Virus record (IMG/VR): IMGVR_UViG_3300023084_000009
Span: 30,337 to 94,336 of that record
Strand: one strand, 5' to 3'
Length of the DNA: 64,000 bases
Origin: a virus
Shown: positions 27,416-39,500 of the stretch, piece after piece
Numbering within the stretch: position 1 is the stretch's first letter
How the letters are laid out: every line of letters starts with the position of its first letter
The notes under the pieces: generated by a model
What the model was told of the DNA's origin: nothing
What the model saw: only the letters and a program-made list of their open reading frames with translations
Databases searched by the model: none
Translations under genes and position numbers: made by a program

Positions 27416-28357
27416 TTACGCTTGATAACCTTCTACTTTAATTATAACAATTCCTGGGCATCCAGCGCCACCAGAAGCACCTCCAGTAGTGCTTCCACCA
27501 CATTCAGAACCACCGCCGCCACCGCCGCCACCGCCGCTAAATCCAGTTCCACCGCCGCCGCCACGAGCACCATTACCACTATACTCACAAAGACCAGCAG
27601 CCTGATTTCCATCGGTTCCATTTCCTGGAGTTGGAACAGCAGGTGCTAAAGAAGTTGGTAAAGCACTACTTCTTGTTATAACTAAACCACCGCCGCCACC
27701 GCCGCCACCGTTTCCAGCAAACGAAGATCCACCGTTTTGACCACCAGGTCCACCATTTCCATTAGAAAAAGTATAGTCTGAAAAGAAAGGAGACCAAGGA
27801 CTAATAGTATATGAAGCATTGGTGCCAGCAGGACCTGCGTAAGCACCACCACTTCCTGGAGTACTCGGTCCACCAGAATATGGTCCGCCACCAGGAGAAG
27901 AACCACCTGGAAATAAAGAACCAGGAGCAGATGGAAGAGTGATTGGAACAGAAGATCCCAAAGTCGCTATTGTATTGTTCAATTTATATACTAGTGTTCC
28001 ACTAGCACCACCTCCACCAGAACCACCACCAGAGTCACTACCACCATTACCTGGTGATCCACTACCACCCGATCCACCTGGAGTTAAGTGTATAACATCA
28101 ACTCTGGCATCGGGAGCAAAAGAAATATCTGCTGTTAAATTCGCTGTTCCAGGAGAAGTAAATACAAAATATTGTGTCTCCCTATTCATATTTTTAACTG
28201 AAAGCCAACCACCTTCTCCAGAATAAGATTCTATGGAAGAAGTGGTTGAGTTAAAAATAACAGTACCTATAGCAGTTCCAACACCAGCATTTCTACCAGC
28301 ACTATCAGTAGAAGCAATACCAAGGTAACTTTGTGATAGATCTCTATTTCTGGACAT
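27416..28357 (-). CDS. Glycine-rich virion protein (adhesin-like)
   Basis: MSRNRDLS start, G..IFN.T....E.Y...GW, FTSPGT, poly-Gly runs, GIVIIK end. Confidence 0.72.
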   Translation of the reverse strand: MSRNRDLSQSYLGIASTDSAGRNAGVGTAIGTVIFNSTTSSIESYSGEGGWLSVKNMNRETQYFVFTSPGTANLTADISFAPDARVDVIHLTPGGSGGSGSPGNGGSDSGGGSGGGGASGTLVYKLNNTIATLGSSVPITLPSAPGSLFPGGSSPGGGPYSGGPSTPGSGGAYAGPAGTNASYTISPWSPFFSDYTFSNGNGGPGGQNGGSSFAGNGGGGGGGGLVITRSSALPTSLAPAVPTPGNGTDGNQAAGLCEYSGNGARGGGGGTGFSGGGGGGGGGSECGGSTTGGASGGAGCPGIVIIKVEGYQA

Positions 28358-28376
28358 TACAGAACTTTTTAGTTAT

Positions 28377-29090
28377 TTATCTAACGTCATTCGCATACTG
28401 AACAAAAGGTCCTTGAGAATTAACGTAGTGAAGAAAGATCTGATGATGGTATGTATCATCTTCTTTTCTCCTAATCGTTCTCCAAAGATTCTTGACCTTG
28501 CTATGCCTACTTTCTAGTGGATCTCTCCAGTGCTCACGCTCGCAACCCTTATAAACAGCAGCATCACCATTCTTCATTACAACACATGACTCACTACCAT
28601 CAGGTCTTTCAAACCAAATAGGCCAAGGTTTATCTGAGTTTGTACTAATTTGAAGAGTTACACTAATTTCACATGCTGGACGATCACTATGCCGACTTAA
28701 CTCTTGACCAAGATAATAAAAGCGATCATAGAAATAAGTGGGAAGTAAATCAATGCCTAAGCATTTTTCTATTTCTTTACGAACAATGTAATGTAACTGC
28801 TTGTACATTGGTACATTATATCTGGCAAGAGATCCATTTACTTGCATCTCTTCTGGTTCAAAAATAACCTTATCCTTACGGACATAGTTCATTTGACCAG
28901 ATAGTCTTTTGCCAGTTTCATCCAGTGGAGGAGAACAATACAGGTTTTCAGGATCTAAGATAAGTCCAGGAAGAAAAAGATAACCATTCTCTTCAAAGGA
29001 CTTATTCTTTGTCATGTCTGTGGTTGTTGGAAGGCAAGTACGACTATACCCCTCAGCATAAGAACCACCAGTCGATACATACTCTTTCAT
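28377..29090 (-). CDS. 2OG-Fe(II) oxygenase
   Basis: HSDRPACEISVT, WPI, GDA..Y.G...EHWR, QIFLHYV; TGATG-coupled start. Confidence 0.82.
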   Translation of the reverse strand: MKEYVSTGGSYAEGYSRTCLPTTTDMTKNKSFEENGYLFLPGLILDPENLYCSPPLDETGKRLSGQMNYVRKDKVIFEPEEMQVNGSLARYNVPMYKQLHYIVRKEIEKCLGIDLLPTYFYDRFYYLGQELSRHSDRPACEISVTLQISTNSDKPWPIWFERPDGSESCVVMKNGDAAVYKGCEREHWRDPLESRHSKVKNLWRTIRRKEDDTYHHQIFLHYVNSQGPFVQYANDVR

Positions 29091-29707
29091 CACTTCCACC
29101 TCGGACCAACTACCCATCCAACAATACTCTTACGCAAACCAGAACGTACTTTACGAACTCTATGGGGAGTACGTGAATCAAATACCATCAAAGTTCCTCT
29201 TTGCTTTGGTGCAAAATAGGTCTTACCACTATTGTCTAAGAACTGAACTTCACCACCAGTATATTCAGAAGGATCAGAAAGTTGTAGTGCAAAAGAAAGT
29301 TTCCTTATGTATTCACCATTTAAAGTTACTTGATCCTCGGCAAGATTGTTACCAGAACCAGCAACGATTTGTGGTTTATAACAAGTGTCTATACCAGCAT
29401 CAATGTGCCACTTATAGAATTGTCCTTCTCCATACTGTGTGTATTGAATATTTCCACCATCAATCTCTGTCAGATCATAGCAAAAATTCTCACGATTTAC
29501 CTTGTCAATGTAGTACCACAACCAACCACCAATCCAGTGAGAGGTTGGAACCCATACATTTTTGCTATTACGAATGACTTTATCTACTTCTGCACCCATG
29601 ATTTGAGAATCTTGTGCCTGTTCATCAAATCTTTTAAGGTCTTTTTCGATAATTTCTACAATGTCAGTTGGCATCTCAGTCATGTGCCAACATGTTAAAT
29701 ACGCCAT
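29090..29707 (-). CDS. 2OG-Fe(II) prolyl-hydroxylase-like oxygenase
   Basis: QYT.Y..G..Y.WH.D, RKLS...QLS...Y.GG, H.V..V..G.R.S.V.W. Confidence 0.88.
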   Translation of the reverse strand: MAYLTCWHMTEMPTDIVEIIEKDLKRFDEQAQDSQIMGAEVDKVIRNSKNVWVPTSHWIGGWLWYYIDKVNRENFCYDLTEIDGGNIQYTQYGEGQFYKWHIDAGIDTCYKPQIVAGSGNNLAEDQVTLNGEYIRKLSFALQLSDPSEYTGGEVQFLDNSGKTYFAPKQRGTLMVFDSRTPHRVRKVRSGLRKSIVGWVVGPRWK

Positions 29708-29731
29708 ACTTGAATAATATCCTTCAGGTTG

Positions 29732-29760
29732 ATTATATAGTAAAGTATCAAAGATGTCAA
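29732..29760 (-). promoter_or_regulatory. Consensus sigma70 promoter of the oxygenase pair
   Basis: TTGACA-N17-TATAAT. Confidence 0.85.
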
Positions 29761-29764
29761 TAAT

Positions 29765-30010
29765 TTATTCTTCAGATGATTCCTGTAAGAGAGCAATGAG
29801 TGCTAGTTTTTGCTCACGAGTTAGGGATTCGAAAGGATCTGATTCTTCAACTGGTTCTACTACTGTTGGATGATCGTTTTCAATTGGATGACAACACTCA
29901 TCATCACACACAGCAGTACATCCTTCTGGTGGAGACCATACAGAAGTGTCTCCGTCCCATACAACGCGATTAATACACTTGCCTTCTGAATTTAAGATTG
30001 CGTAGATCAT
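29765..30010 (-). CDS. Small tail fibre assembly-like protein
   Basis: YA.....G...N.VVWDG...W.PPEG; GGAGG RBS. Confidence 0.6.
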   Translation of the reverse strand: MIYAILNSEGKCINRVVWDGDTSVWSPPEGCTAVCDDECCHPIENDHPTVVEPVEESDPFESLTREQKLALIALLQESSEE

Positions 30011-30027
30011 TTTTTTACCTCCTTATT

Positions 30028-31248
30028 TTACCATGCCCAAACACGGATTCGACCGTCGCCGCCGTTTCCGCCAGCGCCAGAATCGCCTTGACCGTCAAAC
30101 GATGCGCCACCACCGGCGCCACCACCACCTATCGCTGCATTACCACCAGCACCAGCATCTCCAGTTTTATTCGGAGCACCGCCGCCAGCACCACTAAGTC
30201 CACCGGCAGAAATGCTTCCACCCGATTCACCATCAGTCGATCCAGCATTATTGGTGAATGGAGCATCAGAAGGATTCCAACCTCCAGGAGTTGCTAGATA
30301 ACTAGTAGTGTTATATGCAGCACCGCCACCACCGCCAGCGCCGCACCAGCCTTGAAAACCACCGGCTGAAGCGTAAATCTGTGGATAATTATTGGTGCGG
30401 GACCCGCCGGGTCCTAGATATCTGAAGTTATTGTAAGCTGAATATTGTCCCCAGGCAACTGGGACTGTGTTGTTGTAAGGATTAGTCCCAACACTGTCAT
30501 CGTCACCACCTTTACCTTTTGTTCCAAAACCACTAGTAAGGTGAGATCCAAATGATGATGTGCCACCATCTGTACCATCATTACCATTTGTACTATCCGC
30601 TGTAACAGAAGCTCCACCGGTTCCGCCAGCGGCAATAGTAATTGACTCTGTTGATCCTAGAGAACTAGCAGCAAAAATTTTCTTAGTTATAGGACTTCCC
30701 CAACCACCTGATCCACCATTGGTTCTAGTATTGGAAGCACCTTTTCTTCCACTACCGCCGCCGCCCCCGCCGCCGATAACTTCGACTTCAACCCAGGTTA
30801 CACCAGCAGGTTTTGTCCAAGTTCCGTTAGATGTAAATTCTTGGAAATCAAGTGAAGAACCACCACCAGACCCAGTAATACCTTGGGTGCCTTGTGTTCC
30901 AGATCCAGTAGTACCTTGAATTCCTTGAACTCCCTGGGAACCAACAACTCCCTGAGTACCTGTGGTTCCTTGTCTTCCTTCAGTACCTTGAATCCCGTAT
31001 CCCTGAACACCCTGAGTTCCTGTGTTTCCTTGAATGCCCTGAGTTCCTTGAGCACCATCGGAAGGTCCTTGAAGACCCTGCACTCCTTGAATCCCTTGGA
31101 CACCAGATGAAGGTCCTTGTGTTCCTTGAGTACCTTGAGTGCCTAGATTCGATCTAACCCAAGACGATCCGTTCCATTGCCAGGTAGTACTATTCGCACT
31201 ATAAGTTTGATTTAAACTTGGATTATCTGGAAAATTAAGTGCAGGCAT
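30028..31248 (-). CDS. Collagen + glycine-rich virion protein (adhesin-like)
   Basis: LNFP..P, W.WNG.SW, GTQ repeats, FTS.GTW.KPAG...V.VEVIGGGGGG, G.GG.G.IRV. Confidence 0.75.
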   Translation of the reverse strand: MPALNFPDNPSLNQTYSANSTTWQWNGSSWVRSNLGTQGTQGTQGPSSGVQGIQGVQGLQGPSDGAQGTQGIQGNTGTQGVQGYGIQGTEGRQGTTGTQGVVGSQGVQGIQGTTGSGTQGTQGITGSGGGSSLDFQEFTSNGTWTKPAGVTWVEVEVIGGGGGGGSGRKGASNTRTNGGSGGWGSPITKKIFAASSLGSTESITIAAGGTGGASVTADSTNGNDGTDGGTSSFGSHLTSGFGTKGKGGDDDSVGTNPYNNTVPVAWGQYSAYNNFRYLGPGGSRTNNYPQIYASAGGFQGWCGAGGGGGAAYNTTSYLATPGGWNPSDAPFTNNAGSTDGESGGSISAGGLSGAGGGAPNKTGDAGAGGNAAIGGGGAGGGASFDGQGDSGAGGNGGDGRIRVWAW

Positions 31249-31272
31249 TATTCAACTTTTTAGAAATATTTA

Positions 31273-33543
31273 TTAGAGAGCAACTGCATATGCAATTGCT
31301 ATGGCTTCAGAAACTCCACCACCACCGCCACCTGCTCCAGAAGGACCTTGAACACCCTGAGCACCTTGAGCACCACCAGTGTCACCCTGAATACCTAAAA
31401 TACCTTGAGCACCCTGAACGCCAGCGCCCGTAATACCTTGAACACCCTGAGTACCATATGTACCCTGAAGACCTGTTATACCCTGTGTTCCTTGAGTACC
31501 AGCACCTGTAGTACCTTGAGCACCTTGAGCACCATCAATACCTTGAATTCCCTGAGTGCTGCCGCCACCACCACCAGAGAATATCGAACCATTTTGATAA
31601 AGGTCCCCAGTGAAATATATGTCTCCAGCAACAGTTACACCAGTACCAATAGTTTCAAGTTTCTTAGTATCCTTGTGATAAAGTTCGGCACTTCCAGATC
31701 CAGTGAACACTGCCGTTCTTCCACTGCTACCAAGATAAGTACCAGATACGCCACCACTTGAGATAACTACATCACCAGAGGTTCCACCAGAATCATTAGA
31801 CTGCAGATGCAAATCATTACTAGCATTAGCAGATACCTTGAGTGCTGATGATTGTGGAGTTAATCTCCCTTTTAGAGAACCACTAAATTTGACATCTAAA
31901 GCACTATTAGTGGTAGATCTATCAATAATAACTCTATCACTAAATGTAGAAAGACCAGTTGCAGTTACACCACCAGTAATACTTACACCAGCACCAGTTG
32001 TTCTGATTCTACGAGTATTATCATAATAAAGAATACACGATCCATCATCAATATACTGTGCTTTTATTTCCGTTCCTGCTTGATTATTGAATATAATCTG
32101 ATTTGCCTTAATAACTAAAGACCCGCTGGCATCTTCTTCCGAGAAGACAGTGTGACCACCTTGGGCTGCTGGCAATTTATAAATTTGCATTCGATCGCCA
32201 GCACTAGATCCAATGTTCAAAACATTGTTATTATTTCCATCTAGTGTTCTAACAACAATATTATTACCATTGGTATCTAAATCACCACCGAGTTTTGGTG
32301 TAGTATCTTCAAAAATACTAGAGATTCCAGATCCACCACCGCCACCACCACTTGAAACATTAGAACTGGTGAAGACCGCATTACCCATATAATCATGGGC
32401 TGAGCACTGATAATGTAGAACTGCTGGTGTGGTATCTGTGATTGTTATCTCAGTATATGCACCAGAACTTCCTGCAGTTCCTGCTGTTGTTACGTTAGTT
32501 GTGTATTGAGTGGTCTTGTCTGCAGTGGTATAAAAACGTAGAGGGTGAGTACTATTAGAAGAATGACTTTGATCAAATCTATAAGTTCTACCAGGCTGAA
32601 GATATAAGAAAGGAGATTCAAAACCAGTCTCTACATTCCTTCTTAAATAATAAGCACTAGAAGATCCTTGGCCACTATATCTGTGATTACCACTCTTAGA
32701 TTGTACAGATACATTAAAAATTACAGTACCACTGTTATGTTTTGCTGCAATAAATTCTGAATATGATAGTTGAGAAGCTGATGCTATGCCAGTTACATTA
32801 ATTCCATCAAATGTAGTTTCTAATTTTATCGATGATGAAGTGGGGTCTCCATGATAAAGTGTAACTCCATTATCATTATCAATAACTAATCTCTGTTCAT
32901 AAAGTCCTACACCTTGTCCAGGAGTAGCTCCCCGCCCAAAGGTAAACGTACCGCCTCTACCATATAATTCCCAGTCACTATTTCCACCGGTTTGATATAC
33001 ATGTGCGGTTCGACCAACGCCTAGAATTTTACCATGAACAAGAGAATCCGGAATTAAAAATGAAAGTCCATTACCAAATGTAGAAACACCAGAGACATTT
33101 AATTGCTCAAAATTACCATCTAGAGCATAAGCAGTCCTCCACTTATTACTGCTAGTACCAAAATCTACTTGCTTATTTACTTGTGGAGATAAAACTCCTT
33201 GGTCTGATAGACTAATTAATGCTGTGGAAGTTCCGTTATATTTTCTTGCAATATTTAATGCAACTGACGATCCAGAAGTATTCGGAACTGTAAAAAGAAA
33301 TCCGTTTGTAGCAGGACCAGAAACGTCTCTGGTTAGTTCAATTGCAGGACCAACTGATCTAAAAAATGTAGTGACACCAGAAACATTTAATCCAACAACA
33401 CTCGCATCACCCTTAACATCGAGTTTTGCTATTGGATTTGTCGTACCTATACCAATATTTTTACTGGCAGACGTGGCAATTATACTTGCACCGACACCAA
33501 CGTCTAAACCATCTTTTACTATAAAATTCTTATAATCGGCCAA
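31273..33543 (-). CDS. Virion/tail protein with cupredoxin-like domain and collagen segment
   Basis: HPLRF...[13 protein letters not shown] repeats, AIAYAVAL C-terminus; TTG start. Confidence 0.7.
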   Translation of the reverse strand: MADYKNFIVKDGLDVGVGASIIATSASKNIGIGTTNPIAKLDVKGDASVVGLNVSGVTTFFRSVGPAIELTRDVSGPATNGFLFTVPNTSGSSVALNIARKYNGTSTALISLSDQGVLSPQVNKQVDFGTSSNKWRTAYALDGNFEQLNVSGVSTFGNGLSFLIPDSLVHGKILGVGRTAHVYQTGGNSDWELYGRGGTFTFGRGATPGQGVGLYEQRLVIDNDNGVTLYHGDPTSSSIKLETTFDGINVTGIASASQLSYSEFIAAKHNSGTVIFNVSVQSKSGNHRYSGQGSSSAYYLRRNVETGFESPFLYLQPGRTYRFDQSHSSNSTHPLRFYTTADKTTQYTTNVTTAGTAGSSGAYTEITITDTTPAVLHYQCSAHDYMGNAVFTSSNVSSGGGGGGSGISSIFEDTTPKLGGDLDTNGNNIVVRTLDGNNNNVLNIGSSAGDRMQIYKLPAAQGGHTVFSEEDASGSLVIKANQIIFNNQAGTEIKAQYIDDGSCILYYDNTRRIRTTGAGVSITGGVTATGLSTFSDRVIIDRSTTNSALDVKFSGSLKGRLTPQSSALKVSANASNDLHLQSNDSGGTSGDVVISSGGVSGTYLGSSGRTAVFTGSGSAELYHKDTKKLETIGTGVTVAGDIYFTGDLYQNGSIFSGGGGGSTQGIQGIDGAQGAQGTTGAGTQGTQGITGLQGTYGTQGVQGITGAGVQGAQGILGIQGDTGGAQGAQGVQGPSGAGGGGGGVSEAIAIAYAVAL

Positions 33544-33592
33544 GGTACTGTTCCCCCATATATTCTGGGTTTTTATACTTTCAAGTATTTAG

Positions 33593-36229
33593 TTAATAAT
33601 TATATGTGTAAGTTCCTAGCACTCTAACAACATAACTGTCAGAATTTCCAACCCCAGTATTATTAACAAGAAGTCTTATAGAACCTGAGTCTCCATTCGA
33701 ATCAAGATCAAAAGAAGCAATCGGAGAAGTTAAATTCTCGCCTTGACATACCGTTCCATATTCAATAAATGAAATTCTATTGGATCCTTCACTGGCGACT
33801 AGAAGTTTTGATATTTGTTGATCATTTCTACCTCCAAAACTGGTATTAGTAGGATAGATTGAAATAATCATTTCAATTGTAGATGGCAATGTTCCACTTG
33901 TACCAACGAGAGATATTCCCGTTGATCCTACTCCAACACCACCTTTCCATGAAGAAGTGGAAAACTCAGTTGGGTCGTACTGACCAGCACCAACAGAAAA
34001 ATATCCAAACTGGGTTGCATTTACACTATTGTCAAAGCCTTCATAACGATAAAGACTACCATATACTGAACCAGTTACTGTTCCACTTAAAGAAGATATT
34101 AATCTATTGTTAGTAGCATCATATTTAAGAAATGCATCGCCATATAAACTCTGACGAGAACTTGCAGTAATATCTCGTACAAATGGAATATAGCAACTAG
34201 TATCAGTAATATTGGTGCCTGCAAGTTTAACAGTATCATCAAATGCAAATGTTATTGCTTTAGAGAAAGTAGTTCCAATTCCAGCAGAAGCAACTGATTT
34301 TGTAGTAATTGCTATTCCAGCTCCAGCAATTATCTCAATTGGTTCCTCACCAGATGCAGAAAGAGTGTCTTCCCCATTAACATACCAAGGATTAAATGTA
34401 CTTCCAAGATCAACAAAGGCAGTTCCACCACCCTCATCAGTAACATTAAATCCACTACCATTATTAAATTGAATCTCGCTTACATTACTTACTGTTACGT
34501 TTGTGGCACCACCTTGACTTGCAACTTCCTTAACAGTTAAGGCAGTACCGCCTCCACCACCCTGGAAGAATACGGTAGCAATACCACTATAATCTCCAGA
34601 TCCAAAATACGCTGTTGAAACACCAGGACCACTAAAATGTATTGATGTAGCTGCAACTCCTGCTCCAGAAATCGCATCCGTGCGAATTCCAATAGGAGCT
34701 GTAGGTCCTGCAGATTCAAATGTTATGATATCAATAATATCACCAACAGATGCTCCAATATCAAGAACTACACTTGTTCCATTAGTTGCAGTATAATCTG
34801 CCGGTGTTAAACGAACACCATTTAGATATACATCAATGTCTGTACCATCAACATACGTTGCTGCAAATGTTTGTTGTCCAGCAGTTGCAGTGTAATTAAA
34901 TTCAGATCTATTGTAAGTAGTTCCCTGAGTACCTTGAGTACCCTGAGTACCCGTTGTACCTTGAGTACCATAAGTACCCTGAGCACCAGTAATTCCTTGA
35001 ATACCTTGAGTTCCATCAGTACCTTGAGTACCTGTCGTTCCTTGAGTTCCTGTTGTACCCTGTGCTCCAGTGGTTCCTTGAGCACCATTGGCACCTTGAG
35101 TTCCATCAGTACCTTGAGTACCTGTCGTTCCTTGAGTACCTGTGGCACCTTGAGTACCATCAGTACCTTGAGTACCTGTCGTACCTTGTGGTCCAGTGGT
35201 TCCCTGAGTTCCATCAGTACCCTGAGTTCCATCAGTACCTTGAGTACCTGTCGTACCTTGTGGTCCAGTGGTTCCCTGAGTTCCATCAGTACCCTGAGTT
35301 CCATTAGTACCTTGAGTACCTGTTGTACCCTGTGCTCCAGTGGTTCCCTGTGCTCCAGTGGTTCCCTGAGCACCATTGGCACCTTGAGTTCCATCAGTAC
35401 CCTGAGTACCTGTGGTGCCTTGAGCACCCGTATCACCTTTGTCTCCAGTTCTAGCAAAGGTGATAATAACGTCATCATCATTAGAGAAAGAAGTTACGCT
35501 TCCAGAAACATGTGAGCAACTGACTGTAAAGTATCCAGTATTCTCAGTGACACTAGAAATAGTGAAAAGAACAAAATTGTCTGCATTTAGACGAGTAGAA
35601 ATTCTAAAATGACCCTTTATAGTAGAAGTAGAGTCATCAATAGTTCTTAAGAATGGTTGTATATCGGTTTGATTATTGTCGCTATCATCAATATAAAGGT
35701 TTGTTGAAGAACTAAATGGAAATCCATTAACCTTTAATTTTCCTGTTCCTGGATCACTATTAGAAATATTAGTACTAAAAGTGTAATCAAAGGTAGCACC
35801 ACCAAAATTTCCATCAGTACCTTGAACCCCCGTCGTACCTTGAGTTCCATCAGTACCTTGAGTACCTGTTATACCTTGAGTACCATCAGTACCTTGGATT
35901 CCAGTGGTTCCTTGAGTTCCATCAGTACCTTGAGTACCTGTTGTACCCTGTGCTCCAGTGGTTCCTTGAGCTCCAGTGGTTCCTTGAGTTCCATCAGTAC
36001 CCTGAGTACCTGTAGTACCTTGAGTTCCATCAGTACCCTGAGTACCTGTAGTACCTTGAGGACCTTGAGGTCCTCGAAGTCCTTGGGAACCATCCGTACC
36101 CTGAACTGAAGGTGCCCATTCGACACCACTACCAGTCGATGTAAGAACAGAAGCGGCAGCACCTACACTTCTGTTGTTATCATAAACTATACCAGGAAGA
36201 TTAACAGGAGACTTACCTTGATATCCCAT
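33593..36229 (-). CDS. Collagen-like tail fibre protein
   Basis: Two long GTQ/GTT/GTD tracts; ATAGQ..F...Y.....DVYLNGV.L motif. Confidence 0.78.
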   Translation of the reverse strand: MGYQGKSPVNLPGIVYDNNRSVGAAASVLTSTGSGVEWAPSVQGTDGSQGLRGPQGPQGTTGTQGTDGTQGTTGTQGTDGTQGTTGAQGTTGAQGTTGTQGTDGTQGTTGIQGTDGTQGITGTQGTDGTQGTTGVQGTDGNFGGATFDYTFSTNISNSDPGTGKLKVNGFPFSSSTNLYIDDSDNNQTDIQPFLRTIDDSTSTIKGHFRISTRLNADNFVLFTISSVTENTGYFTVSCSHVSGSVTSFSNDDDVIITFARTGDKGDTGAQGTTGTQGTDGTQGANGAQGTTGAQGTTGAQGTTGTQGTNGTQGTDGTQGTTGPQGTTGTQGTDGTQGTDGTQGTTGPQGTTGTQGTDGTQGATGTQGTTGTQGTDGTQGANGAQGTTGAQGTTGTQGTTGTQGTDGTQGIQGITGAQGTYGTQGTTGTQGTQGTQGTTYNRSEFNYTATAGQQTFAATYVDGTDIDVYLNGVRLTPADYTATNGTSVVLDIGASVGDIIDIITFESAGPTAPIGIRTDAISGAGVAATSIHFSGPGVSTAYFGSGDYSGIATVFFQGGGGGTALTVKEVASQGGATNVTVSNVSEIQFNNGSGFNVTDEGGGTAFVDLGSTFNPWYVNGEDTLSASGEEPIEIIAGAGIAITTKSVASAGIGTTFSKAITFAFDDTVKLAGTNITDTSCYIPFVRDITASSRQSLYGDAFLKYDATNNRLISSLSGTVTGSVYGSLYRYEGFDNSVNATQFGYFSVGAGQYDPTEFSTSSWKGGVGVGSTGISLVGTSGTLPSTIEMIISIYPTNTSFGGRNDQQISKLLVASEGSNRISFIEYGTVCQGENLTSPIASFDLDSNGDSGSIRLLVNNTGVGNSDSYVVRVLGTYTYNY
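34920..35432 (-). repeat. Collagen-like repeat tract with higher-order duplications
   Basis: GTQGTDGTQGTT units; near-perfect 72-nt tandem copy around 35157-35300. Confidence 0.9.
35811..36101 (-). repeat. Collagen-like repeat tract
   Basis: GTQGTDGTQGTT units. Confidence 0.88.
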
Positions 36230-36245
36230 TTAGTGTATCCCCCTA

Positions 36246-36578
36246 TCAAGTTTGTTCAAGAACACTTACGATAACATCTACACTTGATGCAGTGCTTGAA
36301 GTTACTTGTATTTTATCACCCGTCTGCAAAACAATCTTATTTCCGGCATTAAAATCATATAATGACCCATCAGGAATCAAAATTCCCTTTACAATATAAA
36401 CATCATCAGCAGAAACATCTGCTTTATCAATCTGAACATCAGCAGTTACAGAAGACCCAGTTCTATTCGAAACGCAGAAGCCAATCACAGTAGCAGTTGT
36501 TGCACCCGGAACAGTATAAACGTCTTGCGTTACGGTGCCAATCGATGCTTTAGTATAACTTTTAAAAGTGTTTGCCAT
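36246..36578 (-). CDS. Small virion structural protein
   Basis: MANTFK, YTVP, K.VL..GD.I.V.S, D...SVLE; paralog of 57244. Confidence 0.7.
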   Translation of the reverse strand: MANTFKSYTKASIGTVTQDVYTVPGATTATVIGFCVSNRTGSSVTADVQIDKADVSADDVYIVKGILIPDGSLYDFNAGNKIVLQTGDKIQVTSSTASSVDVIVSVLEQT

Positions 36579-36584
36579 TTTTTA

Positions 36585-39500
36585 TTATCCTAATGCGATT
36601 GCCAACGCGATTGCTTCATCACTTGCAGTAGTAAGTACACTGACTCCATCTATCTGAACATCCGTCGAACTATTTATACTACCGTTTGCGTCTAGACCAC
36701 CTGTAATGGTTACACCAACACCAGTGGTTTCAAGTGTCTTATTATTATTGTGGTAAAGTTCTATAGCACCACCACTAAAGAATTTAGCTAAAGTAGAAGT
36801 CTTGGTGGTAAATAATATATCACCACTTGTAGTATTATTCTTAATGGTAAGATCACCACTTCCATTAAAAGTCAAAGCATCAGAACTGAGAGATGTTCTA
36901 TTTGAACCTCCTGTAGCATGAACTTCAATCCTATTTTGGAAGTACGAAAGACCAGTAACACCGAAAGTACCTGCTACTGATACGTTGTCATGGAACGTAG
37001 AAACACCAACAACATCTAATCCACCACCAGTAACTCGAAGACCAGCACGAGCAGTGGCAATACCAATCGAATCTTGGTTGGTAACATTCTCATAAGTAAG
37101 ATCACCAAGAACTGTTACGTTTCCACTGAACTCGGCACTAGTAGCAGTAAGAACACCAGATACATTTACATTATCTAATTCGGTATGACCAGTTACATCA
37201 ATACCACCAGCAGTGGTTTCAAACTTAGTAGAACCATTATGATTTAACTTAACTGATCCTCCACCAGTTGCATAGATTGCCGTTGTTCCACCAGCAACCT
37301 GAACTTCAAAATCATCTCTAGATTTAATAACAATATCATCTCCACCAGGACCCTCACCAGCCGTAGTGGTTTCAATAATAAGATCTCCTTCTCTATTAGT
37401 AATAGAACTATTAGTTCCGTCATGTTTAATGGTTAGATCCTGCGAAGAACCGAAAGTTACATAAGAACTATCTGGAAGCGAAAAATATCCAGGAGATGAA
37501 TTCCATGATGCAGTATAAGTATCACCCCTAAAAGCAACATAACCCTCAGCGTTAATTCCTTGAGAGAATGTAGAGATTCCAGAAACACCTAATTGATTTG
37601 AGAAAGTAGTTCCAGTGACAGTAACACCAGCACCAGTGGTTTCAAATGTTTTACCTCCACCATAATATAATGATACGCCAGCATTATTGGCAGCGTACAG
37701 CATAGTGGTGCCATCTTCATCTGCTAGATAAAGATCACTACCACGAATCTCTAATCTCCCAGATCCAGATTCGTTAATATAACTGCTATTTGTTGCAGAG
37801 TCATGATAAATCTGTAAGTCTTGACCAGCACCAAATCTTAGTCTGTCGTCATCACCAAGATTTACATTACCTTGGAATGTAGAAACACCAGTTACATTTA
37901 ACTGACCAGTCGTTGTGGTTCCAACGATGTTGACACCCGATGTAGCAGTTTCAAATTTCTTAGAGTTGTCGTAGTAGAGTTCTACTGCTCCGTTTGTGGT
38001 GAATTTTGCTTTGGTTTCCGAAATTGACCCATCAGTAATAACAACATCATTATTACCACCAATATATAAACTTCCAGTTCCAGCATCAGTAATATTACTG
38101 CTTGATCCATTATGCCAAATCTGTAAGTCATTACCATCACCAAGATTAATCTTATCATTATCACCAAGGAATACATTGTCATTAAAGGTGCTGACTCCAA
38201 CTACATCTAATCCACCACCAGTAATTCTTAAACCAGCACGGGCAGTAGCAAGACCAACAGAATCAACGTCAGTAACGTCCTCATAAGTCAAATTACCAAG
38301 AACGCTTAGGTCTCCAGTAATTACTGCACTAGCAGCAGTAAGAACACCAGATACATTTACATTATCTAATTCGGTATGACCATCAACATCAATGTCAGCA
38401 TTAAGATCAATATCACCAGTGAATACTGAAACTTGCTGATTGTTAATTCTAAATGCTTCAGATCCATCAGTATTAAATCTAATAGTTCCATCAGATCCAG
38501 TATCATCAAGAGAAATCGAAGTATCACCCTTTTGTAATGCAGATACTTGGAGAACGGATGCCGTTAGAATTCCACTAACATTTAAATTACCAGTAATATT
38601 AGTCTCACTGGATCCACCAGGATCAATAGTGATGTCACCAGAAGTCGATGAAAATGTGTTAGCAGCAAGTTGAAGGTTGCCAACAGTTAAACTAGTTGGA
38701 GTAATTAAAGTCTGATTGGATCCACCATCAGTAACGACAAGGTTTCCAACATTCTCTAGGTCGTAAGATGTAGAAGCAAAACTTACTTGACCTGTTTCTT
38801 GATTAATGTAAAGAGAATCACCTACGCGGAAATCTCCACCTTGGTCAATACTTACAAAAGAAACTTGACCACTGTTAAGTTCAACTACCTCGTTTGCCTG
38901 AATAACTGTGGTTGGATCATTGGACATATCCTTTCCAGATCCAACATGGTTGAAGTTCATGGCAAAGAGTCTTAACTGAACTCCTACACCATCAGCAACT
39001 ACACCCTGAGATCCGTATTCAACAGCACAACCAACCGAGCGCATTTCTGCACCAAACATGGTGTAATCAGCAAAACTGATTGCACTAGCAATACCAGTGA
39101 AAGTAGTACCATCAGACTGATAAAACTCAACTCTTTGAGTGGTTCCAATACCTACCGAAGTAAATGTCCCATATCCTTTGCCACTAATCTTGGCATAAGG
39201 ATCATCATAATTTGTAATTGTTCCGACAGCAACTACAGAACCACCAGAATCAAACAACTTAACAACATCATTAACTGATGGTGTAACACTTGGTGTTCTA
39301 AACTTAAGTCTTGCTTCGGCAGTTCCAGCAATACCAACTGTTCCCGAAGTACCTACAATAGCTTGAGAAGAGAAATAATGGAAGCAATTCAAATACTCTG
39401 CACGAGCACCGTTCGTGAGAACAACACCTTTATTATTTGGAGTGAAGAAGGTAACCTCATTAAAGAGCATACCTGCTTCTAATGAATTACTTGCTACCTT

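Noticed and set aside
34920-36101. Possible CRISPR-like array
   Set aside because: Repeats are contiguous in-frame 9-nt multiples with no unique spacers
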